64,000 bases of DNA from Octopus sinensis. Lineage: Eukaryota. The stretch lies in NCBI RefSeq assembly GCF_006345805.1, contig NC_043005.1, forward strand, positions 16,244,001 through 16,308,000, read 5' to 3'. This document shows, in pieces, positions 41,396 to 52,623 of this stretch. The notes under the pieces were generated by a model. It was not told where the DNA came from and made no database searches. It worked only from the letters and a program-made list of their open reading frames with translations. The translations under genes and the position numbers were made by a program. Position 1 is the first letter of the stretch; each line of letters begins with the position of its first letter.

Positions 41396-41934
41396 CGACG
41401 GGCTTCTTTCAGTTTCCGTCTACCAAATTCACTCACAAGGCTTTGGTCGGCCCGAGGCTACAGTAGAAGACACTTGCTCAAGTTGCCACGCAGTGGGACT
41501 GAACCCGGAACTTTGAAGTTCGTAAGCAAGCTACTTACCACACAGCCACTCCTACGCATATTGCATAAAGAATTGAATTTTCATCTATGGAAACACTATT
41601 ACATGCAGGAAACACCAGTACCTGAAGACTGTGGCCTCAGAAGTTCAGAAGTCCAGAACTCCAAGAATTTCAGATCTCACTCTATGTGAGAAGGTGTACA
41701 AAACAAAACCTCGCACACTGGATGGCTTGGAGACATCCTTCGAAAGTTTTTTCATTCCATACCTGGCCGTTTGAGTAAACTGGTTGACGCCACCGGTGCT
41801 TACGTTGAAATATGAAGATTTACTTTCATTTTTCCATGCAATAAAGAACCTGTATCATTTGTTTCCATAAATTTGTAAAAGAATATCGATTTTATTACCA
41901 ATTATTAATGTCGATTTACTTTTCACTCACCCTG
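40699..41934 (+). mobile_element. Internally deleted Tc1/mariner element of rosa/DD41D-like type, with nested SINE
   Basis: TA-flanked TIRs CAGGGTGGGTGGAAAAT / TTTTCACTCACCCTG. Frames give RSGRPTT...SPQESTCQVARESG...IRTV|LHKELNF...QE, DLTLC, KVYKTKPRTL, SIPGRLSKLVDATGAYVEI*. The catalytic core is deleted, so the triad spacing cannot be counted. Confidence 0.8.
41160..41557 (-). mobile_element. SINE family A inserted in the transposase
   Basis: Full head-to-tail match that interrupts the IRTV/LHKEL reading frame. Confidence 0.92.
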
Positions 41935-41966
41935 TATTTCAATAAAATCTTATACATTTATACCGG

Positions 41967-42372
41967 AACTAGCAGTATCGCCCGGCGTTGCTCGGGTTTG
42001 TAAGGGAAATAACTATATAAGCATTTTTAGAGAGTTATAGCCAAAAAATAGCAAAAAAATGCATTAAAAATGGAAAAAAAATGATGGTAATTTTTTAAAA
42101 ATCGTTGACTCATCGTAGACATTTTTAGAGAGTTACTTCCCTTATATAATAGCGAAAAAATGCATTAAAATGGGAAAAAAAATGATGGTAATTTTTTTTT
42201 TTAATCGTAGACTCATCGTAGATGCGCGCTAATACCCAGAAGGGCTCGATATGAATCACGACTATAAGATACCCGAATTTGGTTAAACTGCACCGCAAAA
42301 TGTGGGAGTAGTTAGGAATCTAAATCGTAGGAGACAGACACTCACACAACTTCACTTTTATATATAAAGAAG
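41967..42372 (+). mobile_element. Helentron-associated non-autonomous element (HINE/Lep1-like)
   Basis: Starts AACTAGCAGTATCGCCCGGCGTTGCTCGGG, carries an internal ~100-bp tandem duplication, and ends AGACAGACACTCACACAACTTCACTTTTATATATAAAGA. Confidence 0.7.
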
Positions 42373-42907
42373 ATATAATAACAGGCTGAAATACAATAGA
42401 CAAAAATCATTAAGGGCGGTGCCCCAGCAAGGCCGTACTCAAAATGATTGATATCAGTAAAAGATAAAATTTAAAAAAGTCAACAAATAACTAAACTAGA
42501 ACACAAGACAAACATCGGAATGTCCTAGTTAAATCGGAATGGTGTGTGTCGAGCTAATGATTTCATGTTATTTAATGATGAATGAGAAAGAAAGTAGCTT
42601 AATAGAACCAACCCCAAACACCAATGCTTTTCTCGACATAAAATTTGATACAGTAGGCAAATTTCTTACACACAGACACACACACATACACGTACGTATA
42701 TATATATATATATATTATATATATATGTGTGTGTGTGTGTGTTAACGTGCATACGCACGTTTATGTGTGTGTGTGTGGCTTATCCGGTTAACATATGTCT
42801 GAAATTATGATCCAAGAATAAATATTTAATATTTTTTTTTATTTAATGTTCCTTTCATTTTTTTCCCTTCTTTCTTTGTCTACCGCTTTGAACTTCTGTT
42901 CCGCTCA

Positions 42908-43107
42908 AGATTCTTCTTCTTCTTCTTCTTCTTCTTCTTCTTCTTCTTCTTCTTCTTTTCTCTTCTTCTTCTTCTCTTCTTCTCCTCTTCCCCTCTCCTT
43001 CTTCTTCTCTTCTTCTTCTTCTTTTCTCTTCTTCTTTTCTTCTTCTTCTTCTCCTCCTTCTTCTTCTTCTCCTCCTTCTTCTTCTTCTTCTTCTTCTTCT
43101 TCTTCTT

Positions 43108-43154
<47 letters not shown>

Positions 43155-43155
43155 C

Positions 43156-43208
<53 letters not shown>

Positions 43209-43209
43209 C

Positions 43210-43259
<50 letters not shown>

Positions 43260-43329
43260 TAATAATAATAATAACAACAACAGCAATAATGATAATAATG
43301 AAAATAATAGGAATAAGAATTATCGTTAC

Positions 43330-43418
<89 letters not shown>

Positions 43419-43650
43419 TAGTAGTAGTCGTCGTAGTTTATTTTTATCACTCTTCGTTTTCTTTTTCTTCGTTATCTTCTATATCTTTTTTCATTTTGCC
43501 ATATTTTTCGTCATTTTCGTCATCATCCTCCATCATCATCATCATCACCACCATCGTCGCTGTCATCGTAGTGTTGCTCATCATAATCACCTAGTCTTTT
43601 TCATCCTCCTTTCTTCCTTCCTTCCTTCCTTCCTTCCTTCCTTCCTCTTT
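42908..43650. repeat. Compound microsatellite: (CTT)n, (AAT)n, (ATT)n, (AGT)n, (CAT)n, (TTCC)n
   Basis: Direct reading. This is the source of the poly-S/E/I/Y ORFs. Confidence 0.95.
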
Positions 43651-44019
43651 CTTCCTCTTTATTTTTAACCATGTCATTATTTCAATATTTGTTATAAACT
43701 TACAAGCAACGGAATCTCGATTCCAAGTCCTTAAATTCCCTGATGCCAACCATTTATATGTGTTGAGAACGGTAAGTGCTTCAGTCAAGTCACACGTTCT
43801 AGACGCCAATTTTTGTCCGCGAAACCAAACAAAACCGTTTTGAAAAAAATGGAAGAAAAGCATTCGAAAGTTCACGAATTGGGGCAAATACTATGTTGTG
43901 TGTGTGTGTGTGTGTGAAAAGCAGCCCGAGGAATGTAAACAATATCGAACACGCATACATAAGGTATGCGTTTTGTCAGTTCGTAGGCAGGTTGCGATGG
44001 TAGGTATAAGCGAATATAT

Positions 44020-44336
44020 TTTTTTTATGCGCCCTTTTCAAGCCTAGCCAGGCTCATGGGCCCTGTTTCCCGGTGTCTATGGAGCATGTGCCCCCCCCCC
44101 CCCAGCTGGACGGGACGCCAGTCCATCGCAGCGTTACTCAAGAAACAGGAAGAAAGAGTGAGAGAAAGCTGGAGCGAAAGAGTACAACAGGGGTCGCCAC
44201 CACTTCCTGCCGGAGCCTCGTGGAGCTTTTAGGTGTTTTCGCTCAATAAACACACACAACGCCTGGTCTGGGAATCGAAACCGCGATCCTCAGACCGCGA
44301 GTCCGCTGCCCTAACCACTGGGCCATTGCGCCTCCA
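44020..44336 (-). mobile_element. SINE family C, tail type 3 (Nin-domain-like)
   Basis: Family C head and body followed by GCTGCGATGGACTGGCGTCCCGTCCAGCTGGGG...CCGGGAAACAGGGCCCATGAGCCTGGCTAGGCTTGAAAAGGGCGCATAAA. Confidence 0.85.
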
Positions 44337-44859
44337 TGTAAGGGAACATATGAGAATATATATTCTCTTACGCCTACAATCGATATTTTATGCGTGTGTG
44401 TGTGTGTGTGTGTGTATGTTAGTCTTAGTTCCTATGGGAAAGTTGGTCGGTGTAGAGAGTACAGCAGAATCATGGGGTAAATTTGCCAGTCTGCCCCTCG
44501 ACGATAACTATTTAATGCATTTCAGTAAAATCTCAAAGTTCTGAAGGTGCCTACACCAGCTGAACGTGACACAGCAACTTATACTTGCAAAATTGCTCTA
44601 CTCCATGCGGTTCTAATCTCCTTAGTTTAATTGGTTGACTTAATTTTCAAAAGAAACAAAGCGTTTAACAAAACTGCTTTAAGATGCTTAAACTAAATAT
44701 AGTCAGCAACATATCTGGCGGTCTGCCGGTGCTAATCGGTTAATGTTGACTGTATTTCAATTGAAGCTATAACTTTAATAAGGTCTGTCTAGAGTTGTCC
44801 CTCTTACGTATTTCCCATTGAAAACATCGATGTCTGGGAATCCTGATAGATGGCGCGAC

Positions 44860-45018
44860 ACTGGACAGACAAAGGGATTAAGTCGATTACTGGTACATAT
44901 TTAATCGACCCCGAAAGGATAAAAGGCAAAGTCGACTTCGGCGGAATTTAAACTCAGAACATAGTGGCAGACAAAATACCGCTAAGCATTTCGGCCGGCG
45001 TGTTAACGATTCTGCCAG
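44860..45018 (-). mobile_element. SINE family B
   Basis: Core and head match to other family B copies. Confidence 0.85.
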
Positions 45019-45109
<91 letters not shown>

Positions 45110-45388
45110 TATTTGTTGAAATGGAAAGATGAATTTTCTGTTACAGATTATTCAAAAGTTTAACCATTTACCCATGGGCTCTTAACGAGCGTCCTCGTTC
45201 GAATTGCTTTGCTGCGCCTCTGTTTTGTTTGTTCTGACAACGTAATTCTGGTTTTCCTGAAGAGAAAGCTGCAATATGGTATCCTTATTTAATCAGAATT
45301 TGGGAAAATTGTGGCCTTTGAAACATGTGTAGAATGTAATAAAAGGAATTCTGTACAATCTTCGTTCAACTCCATTTCTTCCATTCAC

Positions 45389-45433
<45 letters not shown>

Positions 45434-45467
45434 GCATAAGCTCCTTATATATACATATATACATTAA

Positions 45468-45878
45468 CTTCTTACCACATGGTCCTCACTCCAGGCTACT
45501 GCATGGAACCTTGGGCAAGTGTCTCCTACTTTGGTCTCGAGCCGACTAAAGCCTTGTGAGCAGATTTGTAAGGCGGTAATTGAAAGAAGCCTATCGTACA
45601 CATATATGTATGTATGTATGTATCTATGTATGTATATGATATGCATATATTTATGTGTATGTGTCTTTGTGTCTGTGTCCAACTGTCCCCTTCCACCATT
45701 GCTTGACAACTGGCGCTGGTGTGTTTACGTCCTTATAATTTAACAATTCGGCAAAAGAACCGAGAGAGTTCTTACTCAGAGAGGCTTGCAAAGAATAAGT
45801 CCTGGGGCCGATTTCTTCGGTTAAAACCCTTTAAGGTGTTCCAGTATGGTCTCAGTCAAATAACAAGAGATAAAAGAA
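45468..45878 (+). mobile_element. Old, diverged family A SINE
   Basis: Colinear with the adjacent copy but with many substitutions. Confidence 0.8.
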
Positions 45879-45887
45879 TATATACAT

Positions 45888-46290
45888 AGGCGTAGGAGTG
45901 GCTGTGTAGTAAGTAGCTTTCTTAACAACCACATGGTTCCGGGTTCAGTCCCACTGCGTGGCATCTTGGGCAAGTGTCTTCTGTTATAGCCTCGGGCCGA
46001 CCAAAGCCTTGTGAGTTGATTTGGTAGGTGGAAACTGAAAGAAGCCCGTCGTATATATGTATATGTATATAAGTATGTGTGTGTGTGTATATGTTTGTGT
46101 GTCTGTGTTTGTCCACCCAACGTCACTTGACAACCGATGCTGGTTTGTTTACGTCCCCGTAACTTAGCAGTTCGGCAAAAGAGACCGATAGAATAAGTGC
46201 TAGGCTTACGAAGAATAAGTTCTGGGGTCGATTTGTTCGACTAAAGGCGGTGCTCCAGCATGGCCGCAGTCAAATGACTGAAACAAGTAA
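45888..46290 (+). mobile_element. SINE family A, full length
   Basis: Head GGCGTAGGAGTGGCTG through tail GACTGAAACAAGTAA. Confidence 0.92.
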
Positions 46291-46311
46291 CGATAATATA
46301 TATATCTATAC

Positions 46312-46343
<32 letters not shown>

Positions 46344-46344
46344 C

Positions 46345-46515
46345 ATCATCATCATCATCATCATCATCATTTAACGGCCGCTTTCCATGTAGCAGGGGTT
46401 GGACGGTTCAACTGGGGTCTGGGGAGCCCGAAAGCTGCAACCAGTCCAGTCAGATCTGGCAGTGTTTCTACAGCTGTGACCCTTCCTAACGCCAACCACT
46501 CGAGAGTGTAGTGGG
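46345..46515 (-). mobile_element. RTE-type 3' tail element ending in (GAT)n
   Basis: Minus strand GGTTGGCGTTAGGAAGGGTCACAGCTGTAGAAACACTGCCAGATC...GGAAAGCGGCCGTTAAATGATGATG, recognised from memory as an RTE-like tail. Confidence 0.6.
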
Positions 46516-46930
46516 TGATTTTATGTGCCACGAACAGGTGCCAGACGAGGCTGGCAAACGGCCACGCTCGGATGGTGTTTTTTATGTGCCACCGACACAG
46601 GTGCCAGACGAGGCTGGCAGACGGCCACGCTCGGATGGTGTTTTTTATGTGCCACCGACACAGGTGCCAGACGAGGCTGGCAGACGGCCACGCTCGGATG
46701 GTGTTTTTATGTGCCACCGACACAGGTGCCAGACGAGGCTGGCAGACGGCCACGCTCGGATGTGGTTTTTATGTGCCACCGACACAGTGCCAGATGAGGC
46801 TGGCAAACGGCCACGATCGGATGGTGCTTGTTACGTGCCCACAGCACGGAGGCCAGTCGATGCGGTACTGGCTACGGCCACGTTCGGATGGTTTTCTTAT
46901 GTGCCACGTGCCACCGGCACTGGTACCACA
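46515..46930. repeat. GC-rich 62-63-bp minisatellite, ~6-7 units
   Basis: Unit ATGTGCCACCGACACAGGTGCCAGACGAGGCTGGCAGACGGCCACGCTCGGATGGTGTTTTT(T), starting at 46522, 46584, 46647, 46709 and 46771, then degenerating. Confidence 0.93.
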
Positions 46931-47103
46931 AAGATACAATTCCATTGATGTTCATCTATTTTGATTTGTTTTGATTTGATTTTGATATATATATATTCAT
47001 ACATATATATATACATATATATAATATTTGTTATACATACCTATATATATATAATATTATATATATACACATATATATATTATACTTATATATATATATA
47101 TAT

Positions 47104-47140
<37 letters not shown>

Positions 47141-47687
47141 TAGTATGTATATATGTGTGTGTGTGCGTGGGGTGTGTGTATGTGTGTCGTGTAGGAGTAG
47201 AGAAGACTCCCATTTCTTTTTAAGAAAGCCGTTGGGAGAAAGATGCTCTGACATAAAACCTGCAGTCGAAACAGTACCCGCCATCTTGCAATGGCTGTCA
47301 CTGGAACCTACAGTGACGAGCGAGAGAGTGGCATAAGAGTTGCGCTCAATCTTTTGTCACTTAAACTCAAACGACGCGCAGATGTCTCAATATTCATTTC
47401 ATTTGAATGCGTGCGGGTTATCATCTGACAAATGAGGCAATCGCTATCGTATATGCCTGCAAATATGTATGTACGTACGTACGTATGTATCTGCGCACAC
47501 ATATTTATATATATGTATGTATATGTATATATGTGTGTATGAATAGTTACAGGGCGGGCTAGAAGTCAGGACGTCTGACTGCATATTGTGATGTGTGGGC
47601 ATAATCTGGTGGCATCAGCTGTTGCACACACTGCATTTATGGAGCCCACCCTATACATATACACATACATACAAACATATGTATATA

Positions 47688-47737
<50 letters not shown>

Positions 47738-47950
47738 CATACACATATATATATATATGTATATGTATATGTATATGTATATATATATATATATAATTAT
47801 ATATGTATGTATATTATATATATATGTATGCATGTATGTATATGTATATATGCACACACACAACACACACACACATACATATTTACATATCTAAGTATAT
47901 ATGTACGTGTTTTTCGTTCTCCCAGAGGCTGCTATCATAGCAGTGAGAGG

Positions 47951-47994
<44 letters not shown>

Positions 47995-48199
47995 GAGTTT
48001 ATGTGCTTAAGGGGACAGAATCACTTCTAAGTTTCTTTTTAGGCACATGTATATACACATACATTTATGTGTGTATGCATGTATATACATACATATGCAT
48101 ATAGATGCACTGGGCATATAAATACATCTACATTCATGAATACATACATACATACATATATATATTTATATATATTTATATATATTTTTTTTTATTTTA

Positions 48200-48560
48200 T
48201 TTTATCTAGTTTCAGCTCACGAGCTGTTGCCATGCTGGGGCACCGCCATTTGGTGTTGCTACATGATTTTACTTCACAAATGCTTTTTAGCAATTGCCAT
48301 TTGGTGCATGAGAGAGTTCGATGCAGTTGCCCTCATCTGCACCTCCTACCGTGAGGTTGGTTCATCTGGGACACCTGATAGGAAGAAATCCAGTTTTATT
48401 TCAAAGACATCTGCATCCACCCCATGCAGGTCTCTCAGGTTCTTCGGGGGGATATCGAAGAACTGCGGGCCCCCGAAGCCCAGGCCATCACAGCATCTTG
48501 TCCTACATCTTGATGGCAAATTTGGAGACCCTGGCACCATGCAGCCTCGCCCAGCTCTAG
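48200..48560 (-). mobile_element. 3' end of a CR1/L2-group LINE whose tail matches the SINE tail
   Basis: GPQFFDIPPKNLRDLHGVDADVFEIKLDFFLSGVPDEPTSR..., then GGCGGTGCCCCAGCATGGCAACAGCTCGTGAGCTGAAACTAGATAAAATAAAA. Confidence 0.8.
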
Positions 48561-48934
48561 CATCTGTGCAATATACATATATATATTCATACGCATACGC
48601 AGACACACACAAACATAGAAATACGCGCACATGCACATATGCATGCATATATGCACACACATACACACAGACACAGACACACACACATACATCCATCCAT
48701 CATGTCGGTTCCGGCATGTATGGCGGAGTGATAATGTGGGGGAATATGTGTTTGATGAATCATAAATAGAGAAACGCACTAGTATAAGGGAGGTGGATGG
48801 GGTAAGGGGGTTTCTGCAAGGTATACGGGTACGGGTACGGTGTAGTCGGCAAGAATGGAGAGGCTGAAGATTGTGATTGTATGATAGAGCGCAGAATGGT
48901 AAAGCGACGAAAGAGTTAATAGGACTGAAGAGAA

Positions 48935-49250
48935 AGAGAAAGAGTGGGGTGGGAGGGAGATAAGGTTGGAGATAGAGAGGGAGAGAGGGGGAGAGAAAGG
49001 GAGAGAGAGGAGAAGGAGAGAGAGGAGAAGGAGAGAGAGGAGAAGGAGAGAGAGGAGAAGGGCAGAGAGGGGGAGATGGAGAGAGAGGAGGGAGAGAGAG
49101 AAGGGGAGAGATAGGGAGATGGAGGTAAGAAAGAGGGAGAGAGAGGGGAGAAAGAGAGGGAGAAGAGACAGAGAGAGGGAAGAGAGAAAGAGGGAAGAGA
49201 GAGAGGGAGAGAGAGAGGGGGAGAGTGAGATAGAGAAAGAGAGAGCCGGG
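48935..49250. repeat. Polypurine (GA-rich) tract with a 15-bp internal repeat
   Basis: GAGAGAGAGGAGAAG is repeated about four times and the tract contains almost no pyrimidines. Confidence 0.9.
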
Positions 49251-49458
49251 TAGATGGATGGGACAAGAAAGGGGAAAGTGTTAGGGTACAATGTTTTTGC
49301 AGAATTTTGTAGGGAAGTCGGTGTAGGTTTATGAGATTTCATGATTGGGCGTTTCACGTGCAGGAGTATATCTGAACGGCCAGCTGTAGTTGTTGTCAAC
49401 GAGGATGATGACGCTACTGATGCTGATGATAGTGGTGGTTGTGGTGGTGTTTGGTGGT

Positions 49459-49558
49459 NNNNNNNNNNNNNNNNNNNNNNNNNNNNNNNNNNNNNNNNNN
49501 NNNNNNNNNNNNNNNNNNNNNNNNNNNNNNNNNNNNNNNNNNNNNNNNNNNNNNNNNN
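49459..49558. other. Assembly gap (100 N)
   Basis: Run of N. Confidence 1.
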
Positions 49559-49746
49559 TACATCTTTAAAAAATTTCTTTATAAAACGATAGCAAACTAT
49601 ATGAAACGAAGGCATTTCTCGTCCAATTTTTATATAAGTTTTCCACATATTTTCAACTCATAACTTTTCCACGTGGTGTATACTGAATCCCCAGTATTTT
49701 TTTCTCCTTTTATATATATATATATATATACAACATGTATGCATGC

Positions 49747-49792
<46 letters not shown>

Positions 49793-49796
<4 letters not shown>

Positions 49797-49903
49797 TCGT
49801 AACTTCGACTGTACATGTACTAAAATTGGAACGACACAGAGAAGATTAGCATGGACCTTGCGCAAAGATGACATGCAAACCCGTAAATGGTCCCATATTT
49901 TTT
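49793..49903 (+). pseudogene. U6: U6 snRNA retro-pseudogene
   Basis: ACTAAAATTGGAACGACACAGAGAAGATTAGCATGGACCTTGCGCAAAGATGACATGCAAACCCGTAAATGGTCCCATATTTTT matches U6 with an intact ACAGAGA box and many substitutions. Upstream is (GT)n, with no recognisable PSE/TATA. Confidence 0.93.
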
Positions 49904-50100
49904 CAAGACGGTGCCCCAGTATGGCCGCTGTCTAATGACTGGAACAAGTAAAAAGGTAAAAACAACACGTATATGCACAGATGTATATTGCGTGCGTGCG
50001 CGCGCACACATGCGTGAACACTTGTGTCTGAACATCTGACAAGGTGAACTTATCCTACGCTGACGAAACTTTAAGTAATATGAGACTGTTAGTAAATGTC

Positions 50101-50173
50101 CATAACAGTCAATAATATTAAAACTGTGCATCAAACAAATTGATGCACAGTTTTAATATTATTGACTGTTATG
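50101..50173. repeat. Perfect 34-bp inverted repeat with 5-nt loop
   Basis: CATAACAGTCAATAATATTAAAACTGTGCATCAA-ACAAA-TTGATGCACAGTTTTAATATTATTGACTGTTATG. Confidence 0.95.
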
Positions 50174-50426
50174 AAGATTTAAACCTGTCAACATCGAAAT
50201 TTTTTAACATGTTTGTCTAACTCGTAATTCTAAATTTGTCTGTTATGAACATTTAAATTTATCAACATTGAAACTTTTAGAGATGCTTTTCTAATTCATA
50301 ATTCTAAATTTTTACCATTGATCAACAAAAAATATTGTTGAAACTAGTTTGGTATATATGTAAATAAATTTACTTTAAATAATTACAAGGTTTTCAAATT
50401 TAGGTGCATTTTCAACAACAAATTTA

Positions 50427-50466
<40 letters not shown>

Positions 50467-50571
50467 AAGATAATCCAAACATGAAAACACAAAGAGAAAA
50501 CACAACAACGCGAGGACATGCAACAAGTATAGTGTTATTGGACGCTCAGGAATGAAAGGAAGAAGGAGGAT

Positions 50572-50606
50572 TCAACGTTTCGGGTGGAGCTCTTCGTCAG
50601 AAACGT
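50572..50606 (-). ncRNA. Degenerate hammerhead-like motif in a pLTR relic
   Basis: Minus strand reads ACGTTT-CTGACGA-AGAGCTCCACCC-GAAA-CG-TT. Stem II is damaged. Confidence 0.45.
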
Positions 50607-50678
50607 AGGAAAAGGAAAGCTCCAGAGAAGGGAAGACGGAGAAAAAAGATCGCCAACGATACACACGCGGTCATATAC

Positions 50679-50890
50679 ATGCTTAAAGATAATGGGATAA
50701 ATTATAAGATTAAATGGGAGGTTATAAGCCGTGCCAGAGCTTGTCAACTTTCAGATAATAAATGTACATTATGCACAGAAGGGATTTTTCAAATAATAAA
50801 ATCTAAACATACATTGATTAACTCTAGGAAAGAAAATATTTTAGTTTGTTGTCACTACTTAGAGTATGTTTTTAGAAAACTTAATTAATA
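50679..50890 (+). mobile_element. Naiad-type PLE GIY-YIG C-terminal remnant
   Basis: LKDNGINYKIKWEVISRARACQLSDNKCTLCTEGIFQII...LINSRKENILVCCH. Confidence 0.75.
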
Positions 50891-51174
50891 ATTAACAAAA
50901 CTGAACATTAGAAATATTGGCATTATTTATAATAAGCTTAAAATATATTATCTAAACACAAGTAAATTACTAATATGCATACACACGCACTATTAAAGTA
51001 TAGGATCTATAAACGCAATAAGTATCTATAAACGCGCAAACACACACATGTATAAATGATGGCATCCATGCTTGTATTCAATAGCCTTATACCGACACAC
51101 ATACACATATAAGTACACATAAATTAACTTAAGAAGTAAGCACACATATATACACATACGAGAACACATATAAA

Positions 51175-51210
<36 letters not shown>

Positions 51211-51440
51211 AATTTTAATATATATATATAAACATATATATATACATTCCTCTTTATATATTTAGCACGGACTGCTCGAAGCTTACGAACTTCCTACACT
51301 AGGTCCCTTGGGTTTTACAATTACACACATGTTTGTATGCATGCATATATGTATAATTCTCTATATATATATATATATATATACATATGCATGCATACAT
51401 ATATAATATATATATATACATATATATTACAATATATATA

Positions 51441-51485
<45 letters not shown>

Positions 51486-51902
51486 ATATGTGTGGTGTGT
51501 GTGTGGTGTGTGTGTGTGTGTGTATGTATATATATTATTGATATGAAGCAACACAGCTTACTTTACTGATGAAACCAAGCTAATTTCGAGCTTCCATGCA
51601 AAGAGAAAATTTTGTATGTGTACAAAAGTTGAGTGATTGGTGTAACCATGTTATTATGGTGATCTGATGAGCTGGCTCTCATTATTTACATTGCTTTATG
51701 AATATATAATTGTATTATATTATGCCTAACATGCATATTAATTCAAACATGTAAGCATAATTTTGTTCCACACTGAAATTATTATTTCATGAAGAAGGCT
51801 GCGAAATGGCTAATATCCAATGCTAAGGATGTAAAGTGGTTAAATATGTCCCTCTCTTACACTTTCCGGCTTTTTTTTTTTTGGCTTATATATATATACC
51901 TG

Positions 51903-52180
51903 TGGAGGCACAATGCCTAGTGGTTAGGGCAGCGGACTCGCGGTCGCAGGATCGCGGTTTCGATTCCCAAACCGGGCGTTGTGTGTGTTTATTGAGCGAA
52001 AACACCTAAAAAGCTCCACGAGGCTCCGGTAGGGGATGGTGATCCCTGCTGTACTCTTTCTCCCACTCTTTCTTCTGTTGGCCTGCTCGCTTAGCCAGCG
52101 GGGTGGCGTCATTCGAAGGCTAAAACAATGCGAACGCATTGTGACCAGCGATGTGTAACAACATCTTATGGCTTGGTCGG
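51903..52180 (+). mobile_element. SINE family C, tail type 2
   Basis: Family C head followed by GGCCTGCTCGCTTAGCCAGCGGGGTGGCGTCATTCGAAGGC...GATGTGTAACAACATC. Confidence 0.92.
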
Positions 52181-52577
52181 AGAAAAAAAAATTTTTTTTT
52201 AAATATATATACCTATCAAGGGTTGAACAGAAAGAACACAGCAAAGAGGAAATAAAGAGAAAAATTAGACGAAAGCAGATCAAACGGAAAACTATATGAA
52301 AACTTAAGAGAGGGAAAATTCGGCAAATATACCATGCATGGAACATTCGCTCTAATTTTCTCGTCTACCAATGACCCAAGATATCATAGTAGTATCACGC
52401 TGGATCACTGACTAACGAGGAAATCATTGCGAATGTTCCATGTGTCACGTTTTTGCCTAATTTTCCGTCTGTTAAGTTTTTGTCTAGTTTTTTGTTTGCT
52501 CTGCTTTCGTTTAACTTTTCTCTTTTTTTCTCTTTGTTGTGTTCTTTCTGTTCAACGCACATCCTGTTTGTTTACTT

Positions 52578-52619
<42 letters not shown>

Positions 52620-52623
<4 letters not shown>

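Noticed and set aside
42846-43594. Long ORFs (poly-S, L, R, E, Y, I)
   Set aside because: Translations of trinucleotide microsatellites. The same applies to the YI/HT/CV/LSIY-repeat ORFs throughout the track.
46515-46930. Regularly spaced GC-rich repeats resembling a CRISPR array
   Set aside because: The units are contiguous and nearly identical, with no unique spacers and no cas genes, in a eukaryotic context. This is a minisatellite.
48779-49648. 289-aa ORF including HQTPPQPPLSSASVASSSSLTTTT
   Set aside because: It spans the N gap and the GA tract, has no convincing splice donor and is low complexity.
49793-49903. Functional U6 gene
   Set aside because: Many substitutions in the 5' stem and ISL, no upstream promoter ((GT)n instead), and fusion to a retroelement tail.
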